Shown: positions 28,842 to 38,773 of the stretch, in pieces
Layout: every line of letters starts with the position of its first letter
Position numbering within the stretch: position 1 is the first letter of the stretch
Assembly: GCA_965279375.1 (NCBI GenBank)
Contig: OZ257156.1
Span: 3,136,001 to 3,200,000, forward strand
Reading direction: 5' to 3'
Length of the DNA stretch: 64,000 nt
Source: Gemmatimonas sp.
GTDB lineage: Bacteria; Gemmatimonadota; Gemmatimonadetes; Gemmatimonadales; Gemmatimonadaceae
The notes under the pieces: generated by a model
Databases searched by the model: none
What the model was told of the DNA's origin: nothing
The model's input: only the letters and a program-made list of their open reading frames with translations
Made by a program: the position numbers and the translations under genes

Positions 28842-30121
28842 AGCCGACGGCGCGCTCCGCTCGCCACCACGTTGCCGGCCAGCAATCCGGCGGCGAGTGA
28901 GATGCCGACGATCAGCACGCGGAAACCTGTCGCGACGCCGATCTCCACTTCCTGCCCCAGCATCGAGGTCACACTGCGAAAGCCAATGCTTCCCGGCACA
29001 AGAATCAGGAGGCCGGGCACGACGGTCACCATCGCCGATCGCTTGGAGTATCGCGCCATCAGATTACTCCCCGCGCTCACCACGAACGCGCCGAGGAACG
29101 CGCCCAACTCTTCGCCCATGGCGGCGCCGGCGAAACGCGACGTGAGATAGGACGCGGCACATGCCAGCATGATCCACCCTGCATCGCGCGCTTCAGCCTT
29201 GAGCAGCACGGCGAAGGCGAGAGGAGCAACGAGCAACGCGGTCCACTCCGTCCAGAAGGGGAGCGACGTGTGCGGAAGCCAAGAAATGCCTTCGGTGGTG
29301 ACGAGCGAGTCGATGGGCGCGCCGATGATGTTGCCCAAATACGTGCCCAGCTTGGCGCCGAGTGCGACGCCAAAGCCCAAGCCGAGAAATACGACGAGCG
29401 CACCGCTCAGCCGCGCGGTGCCGGAGGCGAGATGGCGCGTGGAGAGCTCGGTCAGCGCGACGGTGAACGTCAGGCCGGGCAGCAGCACGACGAGCCCCGC
29501 GAGCGATGTGGCGTAGCCGGTGCCGGAGTGCGTTGCCACGTCGATGGTGAGCGCGATCGTGGTGACCACGAAAGCGGCCAGTGGCTCGGTGACGTGGCGC
29601 CACGAGTCCGACCGGCCACACCAGAGCGCGATGCAGCCGGTCACCAGTCCGAGCCCCGCGGCGATAAAGACGTCGCTGGTGAACACGCGGAGGAAACAAG
29701 CGATTGCCGCTGAGGAACAGACCCACGCCAGCAGCGCCAGCCAGAGCGGCCAGCGTGGCGGCTCGCGCAACAGGTCCTGGATGCGTCGCAGCCCTTCGGC
29801 CGGGGCCAAGCCATTTTCGATGACGTCTCGCGTGATGGTCCCCAAGCGGGACAGGTGCCCGAGGTTGGGCTCACCCGGCTCGACACGCATGAGATGCACT
29901 TGCTGATCGACCAGTTCTCCAAAGCCCACCATGATGCTGGTTGGCGTGGAGAAGAACTCGGCGATCAGGCCTAGCCGAAGCGCGACCGTGGAGAGCAGGG
30001 CTTCGAGGCGGTGGGCCGGCGTTCCGTGAACATGCAGCGCACGGGCGAGTTCCAGCACGAATCGCGTCGCGACGGAGTGCTGTGCGTCGCTGGGCGTCGT
30101 CTCCGGCACGGCGGGCATCAT
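28838..30121 (-). CDS. ThrE-family threonine/serine exporter
   Basis: 'LHVHGTPAHRLE', 'LLPGL', 'SGTARL', 'LILVPG'; about 10 TMs. Confidence 0.85.
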   Translation of the reverse strand: MMPAVPETTPSDAQHSVATRFVLELARALHVHGTPAHRLEALLSTVALRLGLIAEFFSTPTSIMVGFGELVDQQVHLMRVEPGEPNLGHLSRLGTITRDVIENGLAPAEGLRRIQDLLREPPRWPLWLALLAWVCSSAAIACFLRVFTSDVFIAAGLGLVTGCIALWCGRSDSWRHVTEPLAAFVVTTIALTIDVATHSGTGYATSLAGLVVLLPGLTFTVALTELSTRHLASGTARLSGALVVFLGLGFGVALGAKLGTYLGNIIGAPIDSLVTTEGISWLPHTSLPFWTEWTALLVAPLAFAVLLKAEARDAGWIMLACAASYLTSRFAGAAMGEELGAFLGAFVVSAGSNLMARYSKRSAMVTVVPGLLILVPGSIGFRSVTSMLGQEVEIGVATGFRVLIVGISLAAGLLAGNVVASGARRRL

Positions 30122-30298
30122 GGATCGCAGCGTACCCGGTCAGGAAGTCCCGCGCAACGGCCGACCTGCTATCTTCGGAGGGGCTGGAGGGTACCGAGCT
30201 GTCTCACGTGTCTACAGCTCAGCTGGTACCTGCGTCAGCGCCCATCTCGGACTCCGAGAGGGTATCGCGTTTCTCATCCTCACTTATCCTGCGTCGCC

Positions 30299-30802
30299 AT
30301 GCCTCGTCCTTCGACTTCCGCCGGTCGCCTGTTGCTCCGCATCGTTCGACTCCCGGTTCTCGCCGTTGCCGCGCTCGTGTCGGCGTGCGGCGGCAATGAT
30401 GCCCCGGACATTCCGTCCAATCCAGCGGTCGAGATCTACGCGTCGAGCCTTGGCGTGACGATCGCCAACATGACGAAGAAGAACGATGCGCTCTTTGTGC
30501 AGGACGTGACTGTCGGCACGGGTGCCGAAGCGGTGTCCGGCAAGACGCTCCGCATGACGTACAGCGGCTACCTGATCAACGCATCGCGCTTCGACAGCAA
30601 TGTGGGCGGCACGCCCTTTCAGTTCACGCTGGGCGCAGGCCAGGTCATCGCCGGCTGGGATCTGGGCATCGCCGGCATGAAGGTGGGCGGCAAGCGAAAG
30701 ATCGTGATCGGCTCGGCGCTCGGCTATGGTCGCACGGGTAGCGGCCCGATCCCGGGTAACGCGACGTTGGTCTTCGACGTGGAACTGCTCTCGGTTCAGT
30801 GA
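30299..30802 (+). CDS. FKBP-type peptidyl-prolyl isomerase, lipoprotein
   Basis: Lipobox LVSAC; 'FDSN', 'VIAGWDLGIAGMKVGGKR', 'YG...IPGNATLVFDVEL'. Confidence 0.93.
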   Translation: MPRPSTSAGRLLLRIVRLPVLAVAALVSACGGNDAPDIPSNPAVEIYASSLGVTIANMTKKNDALFVQDVTVGTGAEAVSGKTLRMTYSGYLINASRFDSNVGGTPFQFTLGAGQVIAGWDLGIAGMKVGGKRKIVIGSALGYGRTGSGPIPGNATLVFDVELLSVQ

Positions 30803-31752
30803 GCGCAGTGGCGGCGGCCGCGGCTCCTGGCCGCGGCGTCAGAACGTACGCGCGGCGACTGCTGATCCTGCTGGCGATCAGTGCGCTCGCGATGGTCCGC
30901 CCCGATCGCGCCGTCGCCGAATTGGAATCGCGGTATGGCGGTGCGCCATCGAAGTACGTGATGGTGGATGGCATGCGCGTGCACTACCGCGATGAAGGGC
31001 AGGGGCCTGTGCTGGTGCTACTGCACGGCATGGGATCCTCGCTGCACACCTGGGATGGGTGGGTGGCTGAGATGCGCGACTCGGTGCGCATCATTCGGCT
31101 CGACTTGCCGGGCTACGGTCTCACCGGACCGCAGCCCGCACGCGACTACCGCATGGCGACGTACATGCCGTTCATGCGTGCCTTTCTCGATTCGCTTGGT
31201 GTGTCGCGTGCGTCGTTCGCCGGCAATTCGCTGGGTGGCGAAGTGGCGTGGAATTTCGCGCTGGCGGAGCCGTCGCGCGTGGACAAGCTGATTCTGGTGG
31301 ACCCGGCCGGATTCCCGCCGGGCGATCCGCCGTTTCTCTTTCGGCTTGGGAAATTGCCGCTCGTTGGTGGATTCATCGCGTCGGTGGGGCCACGCTGGTT
31401 CACGGCGATGAACCTGCAGCAGGTGTACGCCGACCCGTCGAGGCTGAAGGACGCGACGCTGGATCGCTACTGGGAACTGACGCTGCGCCCGGGCAATCGG
31501 CAGGCGTTCCTCGATCGAACCAACACCATCGAGCCCGATCTGACCTCGCAACTCGGCGCGATCCGTGCGCCGACGCTAGTGATGTGGGGCGACCACGATC
31601 TCTGGATTCCTGTGTCGCTCGCGCCGGTGTTCGCGAAGGCGATTCCGGGTGCGCGGCTCGCGATGATCGAGAACGCGGGGCATGTCCCGATGGAAGAACG
31701 CCCCGAAGTCACGGCGCCGATGGCGAAGGCATTCGTGCTCACGGGGCGCTAA
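30799..31752 (+). CDS. Alpha/beta hydrolase
   Basis: LLHG, DLPGYG, GNSLGG nucleophile elbow, 'WGDHD', 'AGHVPMEE'. Confidence 0.9.
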   Translation: MSAVAAAAAPGRGVRTYARRLLILLAISALAMVRPDRAVAELESRYGGAPSKYVMVDGMRVHYRDEGQGPVLVLLHGMGSSLHTWDGWVAEMRDSVRIIRLDLPGYGLTGPQPARDYRMATYMPFMRAFLDSLGVSRASFAGNSLGGEVAWNFALAEPSRVDKLILVDPAGFPPGDPPFLFRLGKLPLVGGFIASVGPRWFTAMNLQQVYADPSRLKDATLDRYWELTLRPGNRQAFLDRTNTIEPDLTSQLGAIRAPTLVMWGDHDLWIPVSLAPVFAKAIPGARLAMIENAGHVPMEERPEVTAPMAKAFVLTGR

Positions 31753-31806
31753 CCAGCAGTTGCATTCAGCCTTCTCACGCTCGCATGCGCGAAAAGGGCC
31801 GAGACT

Positions 31807-33012
31807 TCAGCCCATACGCCCCACCTGCGCGCGCGCTTCGGCCAGCTGTTTGGCCAATGTGGGCGCCAACGCAAGATCGGCCTCTGGCAGCAGCGTGTAC
31901 TTGACCGCGCTGCCGGAGAGATCGCTCCCCAGCGCTGAGACCAGGTCGAGCAGGACGTTGTAGGCGCCGCGCGTCTTCTTGATGTCGGTGGACGCCTCAC
32001 TCGGTGTGGCCGCCGCGAACGGTGCGCAGCTCACGATCTCGTTCGCCGAGTTCATGTAGACGGTGCCGTTGATCGTCTGACAGCCTTCTGACCAACTTTT
32101 CACGTCGCGCGTCATCCCGGCTCCACCCCAGTGAATGTTGATCGTGGCGTTGGGCTCGAGCCCCTTGGAGAGATCGGCTTCGTCGAGACGCTTGTCGGCG
32201 CCTGCGCGCACCACCAGCACGCCGGCGCTCTTCGGACGGAGCGCGAGGTAGGTGCTCTTGTGCCAGCCGAAGTGGTAGTCATGTTGCCCCGGCACCAGAA
32301 ACGGTGGGCCTGCCGGATTCTCTGAGGCGCCCGGCTCGGTCGTGCCCTGAAACTTGAAGACGAGCCCCTTGATCAGCAGCACGAAAATGTCATCGAACTT
32401 CCCCTGCGCTTCTGCGCGGCGAATGCCGATGAGGTGCATGTTGCCCGCAGCGGAGAAATCCCACTGCGCCACTTTGCGCGTGTCGCTTGGCTTGGTGAAC
32501 GCATTCACCATCTCGAGCACCTTGCTGGGTTTGGCGAGGTACTGCTGTTTCACCTGCTCCAGCAGCGCGAGCCATTCACCGTATTCGCCGGTGGATGGCG
32601 CGCCCGCGGCCCATGCGGCAATTGTCGGCGCCCACATTGTGCGCAACTGACCGCTCTGCCAGCGCTGCAAATGCTCCTGCGTTTGCGGCCCCACACGCCC
32701 ATCGGGCGTACATGGCTTCCCCTCCACCGATCGCACGTACTCCTGAAACAGCCGGATCGCGGACTGCGTGCGGTAACCGCAGATCCCGTCCGCCACGCCA
32801 CCAGGAAAGAAGCCGATTTCCTTGAGCGCTGCCTGCACCTGCGCGATCGTGAGCTCCGCCGGCGCGCTCGGCGGCATGCGCTTGAGCGCGATCTTGTCGT
32901 TTCCGGGACGCACATCGGCGAGCTTCAGTCGCGTAATGCGCTCCACCTCCTTGGTGTAAGCGTCGCGTGCTGCGTCAGATACGTTCGCATCGAGGGATCC
33001 GAGCTCGATCAT
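31807..33012 (-). CDS. Peptidoglycan-binding-domain protein with C-terminal putative cysteine peptidase domain
   Basis: 'VQAALKEIGF..ADGICGYRTQSAIRLFQ', 'PDGRVGPQT'; C-term 'INIHWGG...SWSEGCQ'. Confidence 0.75.
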   Translation of the reverse strand: MIELGSLDANVSDAARDAYTKEVERITRLKLADVRPGNDKIALKRMPPSAPAELTIAQVQAALKEIGFFPGGVADGICGYRTQSAIRLFQEYVRSVEGKPCTPDGRVGPQTQEHLQRWQSGQLRTMWAPTIAAWAAGAPSTGEYGEWLALLEQVKQQYLAKPSKVLEMVNAFTKPSDTRKVAQWDFSAAGNMHLIGIRRAEAQGKFDDIFVLLIKGLVFKFQGTTEPGASENPAGPPFLVPGQHDYHFGWHKSTYLALRPKSAGVLVVRAGADKRLDEADLSKGLEPNATINIHWGGAGMTRDVKSWSEGCQTINGTVYMNSANEIVSCAPFAAATPSEASTDIKKTRGAYNVLLDLVSALGSDLSGSAVKYTLLPEADLALAPTLAKQLAEARAQVGRMG

Positions 33013-33159
33013 CCGAGGACTCCGAGGAGAGTGGTGGGCGGAGAGGTGTGATGCGTTGTGCCACCCAAGAAGGCAACGCGATCGCGCGCTGCGTGCAATA
33101 GGTCATTCGAGCGATATCGTGGTACCGGTGTCCTGACTGGCCGACGGTACCATCCGTCC

Positions 33160-34737
33160 ATGCTCGCCGCCGCGCAGTCCGCCGCCGTCCTCGGAATCGA
33201 CGCCTTCGACATCACTGTCGAAGTGCATGTAGCCAACGGGCTACCACAGTGGACGCTCGTTGGTCTTGCCGCAACGGCAGTGAAGGAGAGCCGCGACCGC
33301 GTCGGGGCGGCGTTGGCCAACTCTGGGTTTGTGGTGCCGCCTCGACGGATCACCGTCAATCTCCAGCCCGCCGACACACCGAAAACCGGAACCGCATTCG
33401 ATCTGCCCATCGCCCTCGCCCTCCTCGCTGCCAGCGGACAGCTGCCGTCGGCCGCGTTGCAGGGCGTGTGCGCGATAGGAGAACTCGGACTTGATGGACA
33501 ACTTCGCAGCGTGCGCGGCGTCCTCGCCGTCGCCAGGCACGTCACCAACACCAGCGCACCACTACTCATCGTTCCACCAGACAACCTCGCGGAAGCTCTC
33601 CGCGTCCCGCACGCCCGCGCCGCCGCACCGCCCTCGCTCCAGGCGCTCGTCGCAGCACTGCGCGATGGTCAACTCGTTGCCGCGCCGCGCTCCGCCGCTC
33701 CACCAGCCCCCGACGCCGACGTGCCCGATCTCGGCGATGTCGTCGGCCAAGAGTTCGCCGTACGCGCCCTCGAGATCGCCGCGGCGGGGGCGCACAACCT
33801 TCTGCTGGTAGGGCCACCCGGCGCAGGCAAAACGATGCTTGCGCGCCGACTCCCGGGAATCCTGCCACCGCTCGACGACGACGAAGCACTCGACGTCCTC
33901 GCGATTCACTCCGTCGCCGGAACACTGGCGCCGTCCGCCACGTCGGCCACACAACCGCTCCGACCGTTTCGCGCACCACATCACTCCATCTCCACCGCCG
34001 GCCTCGTCGGCGGCGGCGGCTGGCCTCGACCCGGTGAAGTCAGCCTCGCGCACCGCGGTGTGCTCTTTCTGGATGAGCTGAGCCTGTTCCCGCGACACAC
34101 CCTCGAAGCGCTGCGGCAACCGCTCGAAGATGGTAGCGTCGTCATCGCCCGCGCCGCACGCGCCGTGCGATTTCCCGCCCGCTTTTCACTCGTCGCTGCC
34201 ACCAACCCCTGCGCCTGCGGCTTCGCCGGAAGCGACGATCGACAATGCCGCTGCTCCGTCGCCGAACTCGAACGGCATCGGTCACGTCTGTCGGGTCCAC
34301 TCGCTGACCGCATCGATCTGCATGTGCCGGTACAGCGCGTGCCGGCGAGCACCCTCGCCGCACACACCAGCGCGGATCGCTCACACATCGTCCGCACCCG
34401 CGTAGAGCGCGCTCGAGAGCGACAGCGCCAGCGCTACGCGCATTCCGCTCGTCTGCTCGAGCGCGGAACTGCGGCCGACGTGCATCAGGATACCAACGCC
34501 TCCGCACCCGCACGCATCATCACGCCCGCGGCGCGTCTCGACTCCACCGCGCGCGCCCTCCTCGTTCACGCTGCGGAACGGCTCGCCCTCTCCGCGCGCT
34601 CCTACCATCGCGTGCTGCGCGTCGCACGCACCATCGCGGACCTCGACGAAGCCGATCAGGTCGCTCGTGATCACATCGCCGAAGCACTCTACTATCGCCC
34701 CGCGCTTGCCGCAGTCGAGTCCAACCCTGTACCGTGA
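33160..34737 (+). CDS. comM: ComM/YifB Mg-chelatase-like AAA+ ATPase
   Basis: 'VKESRDRV', 'NLQPAD.PK.G..FDLPIA', GPPGAGKTMLA, FRAPHH, 'PGEVSLAHRGVLFLDE', NPCACG. Confidence 0.93.
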   Translation: MLAAAQSAAVLGIDAFDITVEVHVANGLPQWTLVGLAATAVKESRDRVGAALANSGFVVPPRRITVNLQPADTPKTGTAFDLPIALALLAASGQLPSAALQGVCAIGELGLDGQLRSVRGVLAVARHVTNTSAPLLIVPPDNLAEALRVPHARAAAPPSLQALVAALRDGQLVAAPRSAAPPAPDADVPDLGDVVGQEFAVRALEIAAAGAHNLLLVGPPGAGKTMLARRLPGILPPLDDDEALDVLAIHSVAGTLAPSATSATQPLRPFRAPHHSISTAGLVGGGGWPRPGEVSLAHRGVLFLDELSLFPRHTLEALRQPLEDGSVVIARAARAVRFPARFSLVAATNPCACGFAGSDDRQCRCSVAELERHRSRLSGPLADRIDLHVPVQRVPASTLAAHTSADRSHIVRTRVERARERQRQRYAHSARLLERGTAADVHQDTNASAPARIITPAARLDSTARALLVHAAERLALSARSYHRVLRVARTIADLDEADQVARDHIAEALYYRPALAAVESNPVP

Positions 34738-34740
34738 GGC

Positions 34741-35763
34741 ATGCTCGGCCACGCACCCGCCGCCCCGCAGGACTCGCAACATTCGCATGACCATGATGAT
34801 CCCAATCATCGTCATGAGCTCGGCGCGCAGGGTGCACACGCGCACTCGCACGCGCACGCAGGTCCGCACAATCACAGCCACGCGCCAGCCTCGTTCGATC
34901 GCGCGTTCGCCGTCGGCATCGCCCTCAATTGCAGCTTCGTTCTCGCTGAAGTGCTCTTCGGGCTGCACGCCAAGTCGCTCGCGCTGCTGGCCGACGCCGG
35001 ACACAACCTCGGCGACGTCCTCGGACTCGCGCTTGCCTGGGCCGGCGCCGTGCTCGCCCGACGCGAACCAACCGAACGGCGCACATACGGCCTGCGGCGA
35101 TTCTCAGTGCTCGCAGCGATGGGGAACGCGGCCATCCTCTTCATCGCGGTTGGCGCCATCGCCATCGAAGCAATCCAGCGCATGCGCGCGCCAGCAGCGG
35201 TCGCCACTGGCACCGTCATCGCTGTCGCGGCCGCCGGTATCGTCATCAACCTCGTCACAGCCCTCGGCTTCATGCGCGGCCGCCACGGTGACCTCAACGT
35301 ACGCGGCGCCTTTCTGCACATGGTCGGAGATGCCGCGGTGTCGGCCGGCGTTGTCATCGCTGCCATCGCGATTCAGTTGACCGGACTCCTCGTCATCGAT
35401 CCGATCGTCAGCCTCGTCATCGCAGCGCTGATCGGCTGGGGCAGCTGGTCCCTCGCACGCGACTCCGCCAATCTCGCGCTCGACGCGGTGCCGCAGTCCA
35501 TCGACCCCACCGCGGTCCGCGCGCAACTCATGGCGCTCGACGGCGTAGTGAACGTGCACGACCTGCACATCTGGGCCATGAGCACCACCGAAGTCGCACT
35601 CACTGCACACCTGCTGCGCCCCTGCGCCTGCGGAGAAGACGCGCTACTCGCCGACGCCACACAACGACTCTCGGAGCGCTTCGGCATTGGACATGTCACG
35701 CTGCAACTGGAACGTGGACAGAACGATTTCCCCTGTGGTCAAGCACGCCCCGGCGCCGTCTGA
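34741..35763 (+). CDS. Cation diffusion facilitator (CzcD/ZitB-like) with His-rich N-terminus
   Basis: 'LALLADAGHNLGD', 'NVRGAFLHMVGD', 'VHDLHIW', 'HVTLQLE'. Confidence 0.93.
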   Translation: MLGHAPAAPQDSQHSHDHDDPNHRHELGAQGAHAHSHAHAGPHNHSHAPASFDRAFAVGIALNCSFVLAEVLFGLHAKSLALLADAGHNLGDVLGLALAWAGAVLARREPTERRTYGLRRFSVLAAMGNAAILFIAVGAIAIEAIQRMRAPAAVATGTVIAVAAAGIVINLVTALGFMRGRHGDLNVRGAFLHMVGDAAVSAGVVIAAIAIQLTGLLVIDPIVSLVIAALIGWGSWSLARDSANLALDAVPQSIDPTAVRAQLMALDGVVNVHDLHIWAMSTTEVALTAHLLRPCACGEDALLADATQRLSERFGIGHVTLQLERGQNDFPCGQARPGAV

Positions 35764-35805
35764 CGTGCGCCCCTCACTGCGCCATCTCTCCTTCGGACGA
35801 TCAGC

Positions 35806-36594
35806 ATGGGCTGCCTGAGTCGAGCCGGTTGTCTCGTCGTGATCGTGATCGCGGGCGCGGGCGCGTACTGGATGTACGGCGACCGACTGCCGAAATCGCT
35901 TTCGGGCGATCTGGCCCGCGCGCAGAAAGAGGTCGCCGCGGCGTCCAGGCAGGTCACCGACCGCCTCTCTTCTGCCGACAGTGCACGACGCGCCGAACGC
36001 ACGGCGGAAGAGCGAGCACTCGTCTGGGCGTCGCTCGACGAATCGTCCGTGGACCCATCAGCCACTCCGCGCGGGAAGGATCCGCTGCTGGCACTCGGCC
36101 GCGCGAGCGGACCAGCCTTCGTCACACTGAGCGCCAGCGATGCGGCCGCGATTCTCGCCCCCTCCATCCGACGTGCGCTGCCACGCAACGCGAGCGAACC
36201 GGCGCTGGCTTTCAGCGACGATCGCATCCAACTGCGCGCCGTCGTCGATCTGCGCGACTACACCGGCGATGGCGCCATCGGTACGCTGCTGGGCGGCGCA
36301 CTCGGGGGACGCGAGCCGCTGCGCATCGGCGGAACCCTGAGCGCCCCGCGTGCTGGTATGGCCGCGCTGCGTGTCACCGACCTGTCGCTCAAGGGCATCG
36401 GGGTGCCGTCAGCGCTGATTCCGCGCCTCCTGCGTACCTTACGCTCCCGCTCGGGAACGGCTCGCGCGGAATCGGAGGGCACGCTGCCTGCTGTCGAGTC
36501 GGACGAGAACGTGATCGAGTTCGCACTGCCCAAGCAGGTGGCCGACGTGCGACTCCAACATGGCAGACTCACGTTGTATCGAGCGACTCCCTGA
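35806..36594 (+). CDS. Hypothetical membrane-anchored protein
   Basis: MGCLSRAGCLVVIV anchor; fills gap between co-oriented genes. Confidence 0.65.
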   Translation: MGCLSRAGCLVVIVIAGAGAYWMYGDRLPKSLSGDLARAQKEVAAASRQVTDRLSSADSARRAERTAEERALVWASLDESSVDPSATPRGKDPLLALGRASGPAFVTLSASDAAAILAPSIRRALPRNASEPALAFSDDRIQLRAVVDLRDYTGDGAIGTLLGGALGGREPLRIGGTLSAPRAGMAALRVTDLSLKGIGVPSALIPRLLRTLRSRSGTARAESEGTLPAVESDENVIEFALPKQVADVRLQHGRLTLYRATP

Positions 36595-36719
36595 TGCGCA
36601 TCACGTCCGGGTGGAGCATGTCATCGCTCAGCGGGTAGTCAGAAGAACCTCGCACTTATTCCCGCCGACAGTTCGGCTGAACGACACCATTTCGCGACTC
36701 GATCCAAGCCCCCTGCGTC

Positions 36720-38099
36720 ATGAGCCCACATCGCATACTCGTCATCGATGACGAACCCGGCATTCGACAGGCCCTCGGCCAACTCCTCGAATACGAAGGG
36801 TACGAGGTGCGCACGGCTGCCAGCGGTCCGCTCGGCATCGCCGAGTATGAGAAGTTCCGCCCGCAACTGGTGTTTCTCGATGTGAAGATGGCGGGCATCG
36901 ACGGACTCGAAGTGCTCAAGCGTCTGCGCCAGATCGATGGCGCGGCCACGGTGGTGATGATCAGCGGTCACGCCACCATCCAGACCGCCGTCGAAGCCAC
37001 GCAGCTCGGCGCGTACGACATTCTCGAAAAGCCGCTCGACACGGACCGCGTGCTCGTTCTGCTGCGCAATGCACTACAGCAGCGCACGCTCGCCGATGAG
37101 AATCAGCGGCTGCGGCAGACGATCGATTCGCGTTACGAGATTGTCGGACAGAGCTATGTGATTCGGGCGCTGCTAGAGCGGGTGGAGAAGGTCGCGGGTA
37201 CGCCGGCACGCGTGCTCATCACCGGAGAGAACGGCACCGGGAAGGAACTCGTGGCGCGTGCCATTCACCGCGGCTCGCAGCGCGAACGCAAGACGTTCGT
37301 GGAAGTGAACTGTGCGGCCATCCCGTCTGAGCTCATCGAGAGCGAGCTGTTCGGTCACATGAAGGGCTCGTTCACCGGTGCGATTTCGGATCGGGCCGGG
37401 AAGTTCGAACAGGCGGACGGCGGCACACTGTTTCTCGACGAAATCGGCGACATGTCGCTCGCCGCCCAGGCGAAGGTGCTGCGCGTGCTGCAGGACGGCG
37501 TGGTCACGCGGATTGGCGGCAACAAGCCCGTGCAGGTGGACGTGCGCGTACTCGCCGCGACCAACAAGGATCTCGAAGAGGAGATCAACGCGGGGCGTTT
37601 CCGAGAAGACCTGTTCTACCGTCTGAACGTCGTCCCGATCAGCGTGCCCGCACTCCGAGAACGGCGCGAAGACATCGAACCGCTGGTGCTGCACTTCCTG
37701 CAGCAGCTCGCCGCCCGTGACGGATTGCCCGCACGAAGCATCACCGACGAGGCGCTCAAAGCGCTGACCGCCCTCGACTGGCCCGGCAACGTGCGTGAAT
37801 TGCGCAACACGGTCGAACGGATGGTGATTCTGGCCAACGCGCCGGTGATCGGCCTCAACGACGTGGAGCGTCTGGTTGGCCGCCGCGCCGCGGAGCCGGC
37901 CGGACTTGGGGCCTTGGTGGACTGCGGGACCTTCGAGGAGTTCAAGCAGGAAGCCGAGCGCGCGTTTCTCGTGGCCAAGTTGCGGATGTTTGACTGGAAC
38001 GTGTCTGAGACGGCGCGGGCGCTGGACATGCCGCGGTCGAATCTGTACAAGAAGATCGAGCGTTATGGGTTGACGCGGGAACACGCGCCGGCGTCCTGA
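36720..38099 (+). CDS. sigma54-dependent response regulator (NtrC/NtrX family)
   Basis: REC (DDE, D, K), [47 protein letters not shown], Fis-HTH. Confidence 0.95.
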   Translation: MSPHRILVIDDEPGIRQALGQLLEYEGYEVRTAASGPLGIAEYEKFRPQLVFLDVKMAGIDGLEVLKRLRQIDGAATVVMISGHATIQTAVEATQLGAYDILEKPLDTDRVLVLLRNALQQRTLADENQRLRQTIDSRYEIVGQSYVIRALLERVEKVAGTPARVLITGENGTGKELVARAIHRGSQRERKTFVEVNCAAIPSELIESELFGHMKGSFTGAISDRAGKFEQADGGTLFLDEIGDMSLAAQAKVLRVLQDGVVTRIGGNKPVQVDVRVLAATNKDLEEEINAGRFREDLFYRLNVVPISVPALRERREDIEPLVLHFLQQLAARDGLPARSITDEALKALTALDWPGNVRELRNTVERMVILANAPVIGLNDVERLVGRRAAEPAGLGALVDCGTFEEFKQEAERAFLVAKLRMFDWNVSETARALDMPRSNLYKKIERYGLTREHAPAS

Positions 38100-38126
38100 C
38101 GTCGACCTCCACTTTCTCTCTGTGCC

Positions 38127-38756
38127 ATGACCGACCGTAACTGGGAAGCCGAACTCGCCAAGATCGACAAGCAGCTGGCCTCCGTCTCCGACGAGCAGCT
38201 GCTGGCCGAGAGCCGAGCGCCGGCCAACAGGAAGGGCGGGCCACCGGCGGCGTTGCCCGCAGGAAAGGCGCCGGCTGCGGCCGTCGCCCCCACGCGCTCA
38301 GCGGCGCCGGCCGGCGGTACGTGGCGCGGCTGGGTGAAGGTCACGATCGCGGTCGCCGCCGCGGCGGGGCTGATGTTCTGGCCGTGGCCCGCCCGCTGCG
38401 GCCCGCCGCTCATGGGCTTCACGGCGGCCACCGGCGCGGTTGCACTGCTAGGCCTCTGGAGTGCCCTGGGGACGTGGCGCCATCGACTGGGCTTGGCCCA
38501 CGTTGCGTCGATGTTGGTCGTGGTGTGGGGGTTGGCGTTGGGCGCTCGCGAAGTGCTCCCGCGCGTCGGGTACGCGATCCCCACCGACCTGCGCGCGGCC
38601 GGCTGGAGCTGCGACCTGGTGCCCGCCGGAACCCTGCCCGCGGGGGGCGCTCCGAACGGCGCGCCATCGGCAACACCCTCCAATCCGCAGACCGCGCCGT
38701 CCGCCGATCCGACTGCGGCGCCGGTCACCTCCGGGGCCACTCCCACGCGACTCTGA
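38127..38756 (+). CDS. Hypothetical membrane protein
   Basis: N-term 'WEAELAKIDKQL', about 3 TMs, Pro/Ala-rich tail. Confidence 0.7.
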   Translation: MTDRNWEAELAKIDKQLASVSDEQLLAESRAPANRKGGPPAALPAGKAPAAAVAPTRSAAPAGGTWRGWVKVTIAVAAAAGLMFWPWPARCGPPLMGFTAATGAVALLGLWSALGTWRHRLGLAHVASMLVVVWGLALGAREVLPRVGYAIPTDLRAAGWSCDLVPAGTLPAGGAPNGAPSATPSNPQTAPSADPTAAPVTSGATPTRL

Positions 38757-38773
38757 CCGTGTAGCTTTCGGTC

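Noticed and set aside
33045..33064. TGGCAC on the minus strand upstream of the PG-binding gene
   Set aside because: The -12 GC is missing at the required GG-N10-GC spacing.
33160..34737. comM as a mobile-element integration hotspot
   Set aside because: The gene is intact; no integrase or att-like duplication is seen.
34741..34885. His-rich low-complexity stretch
   Set aside because: Ordinary metal-binding N-terminus of CDF transporters.
37360..37385. GSFTGA in place of GAFTGA in the enhancer-binding protein
   Set aside because: A common variant compatible with sigma54 activation; not evidence of novelty.
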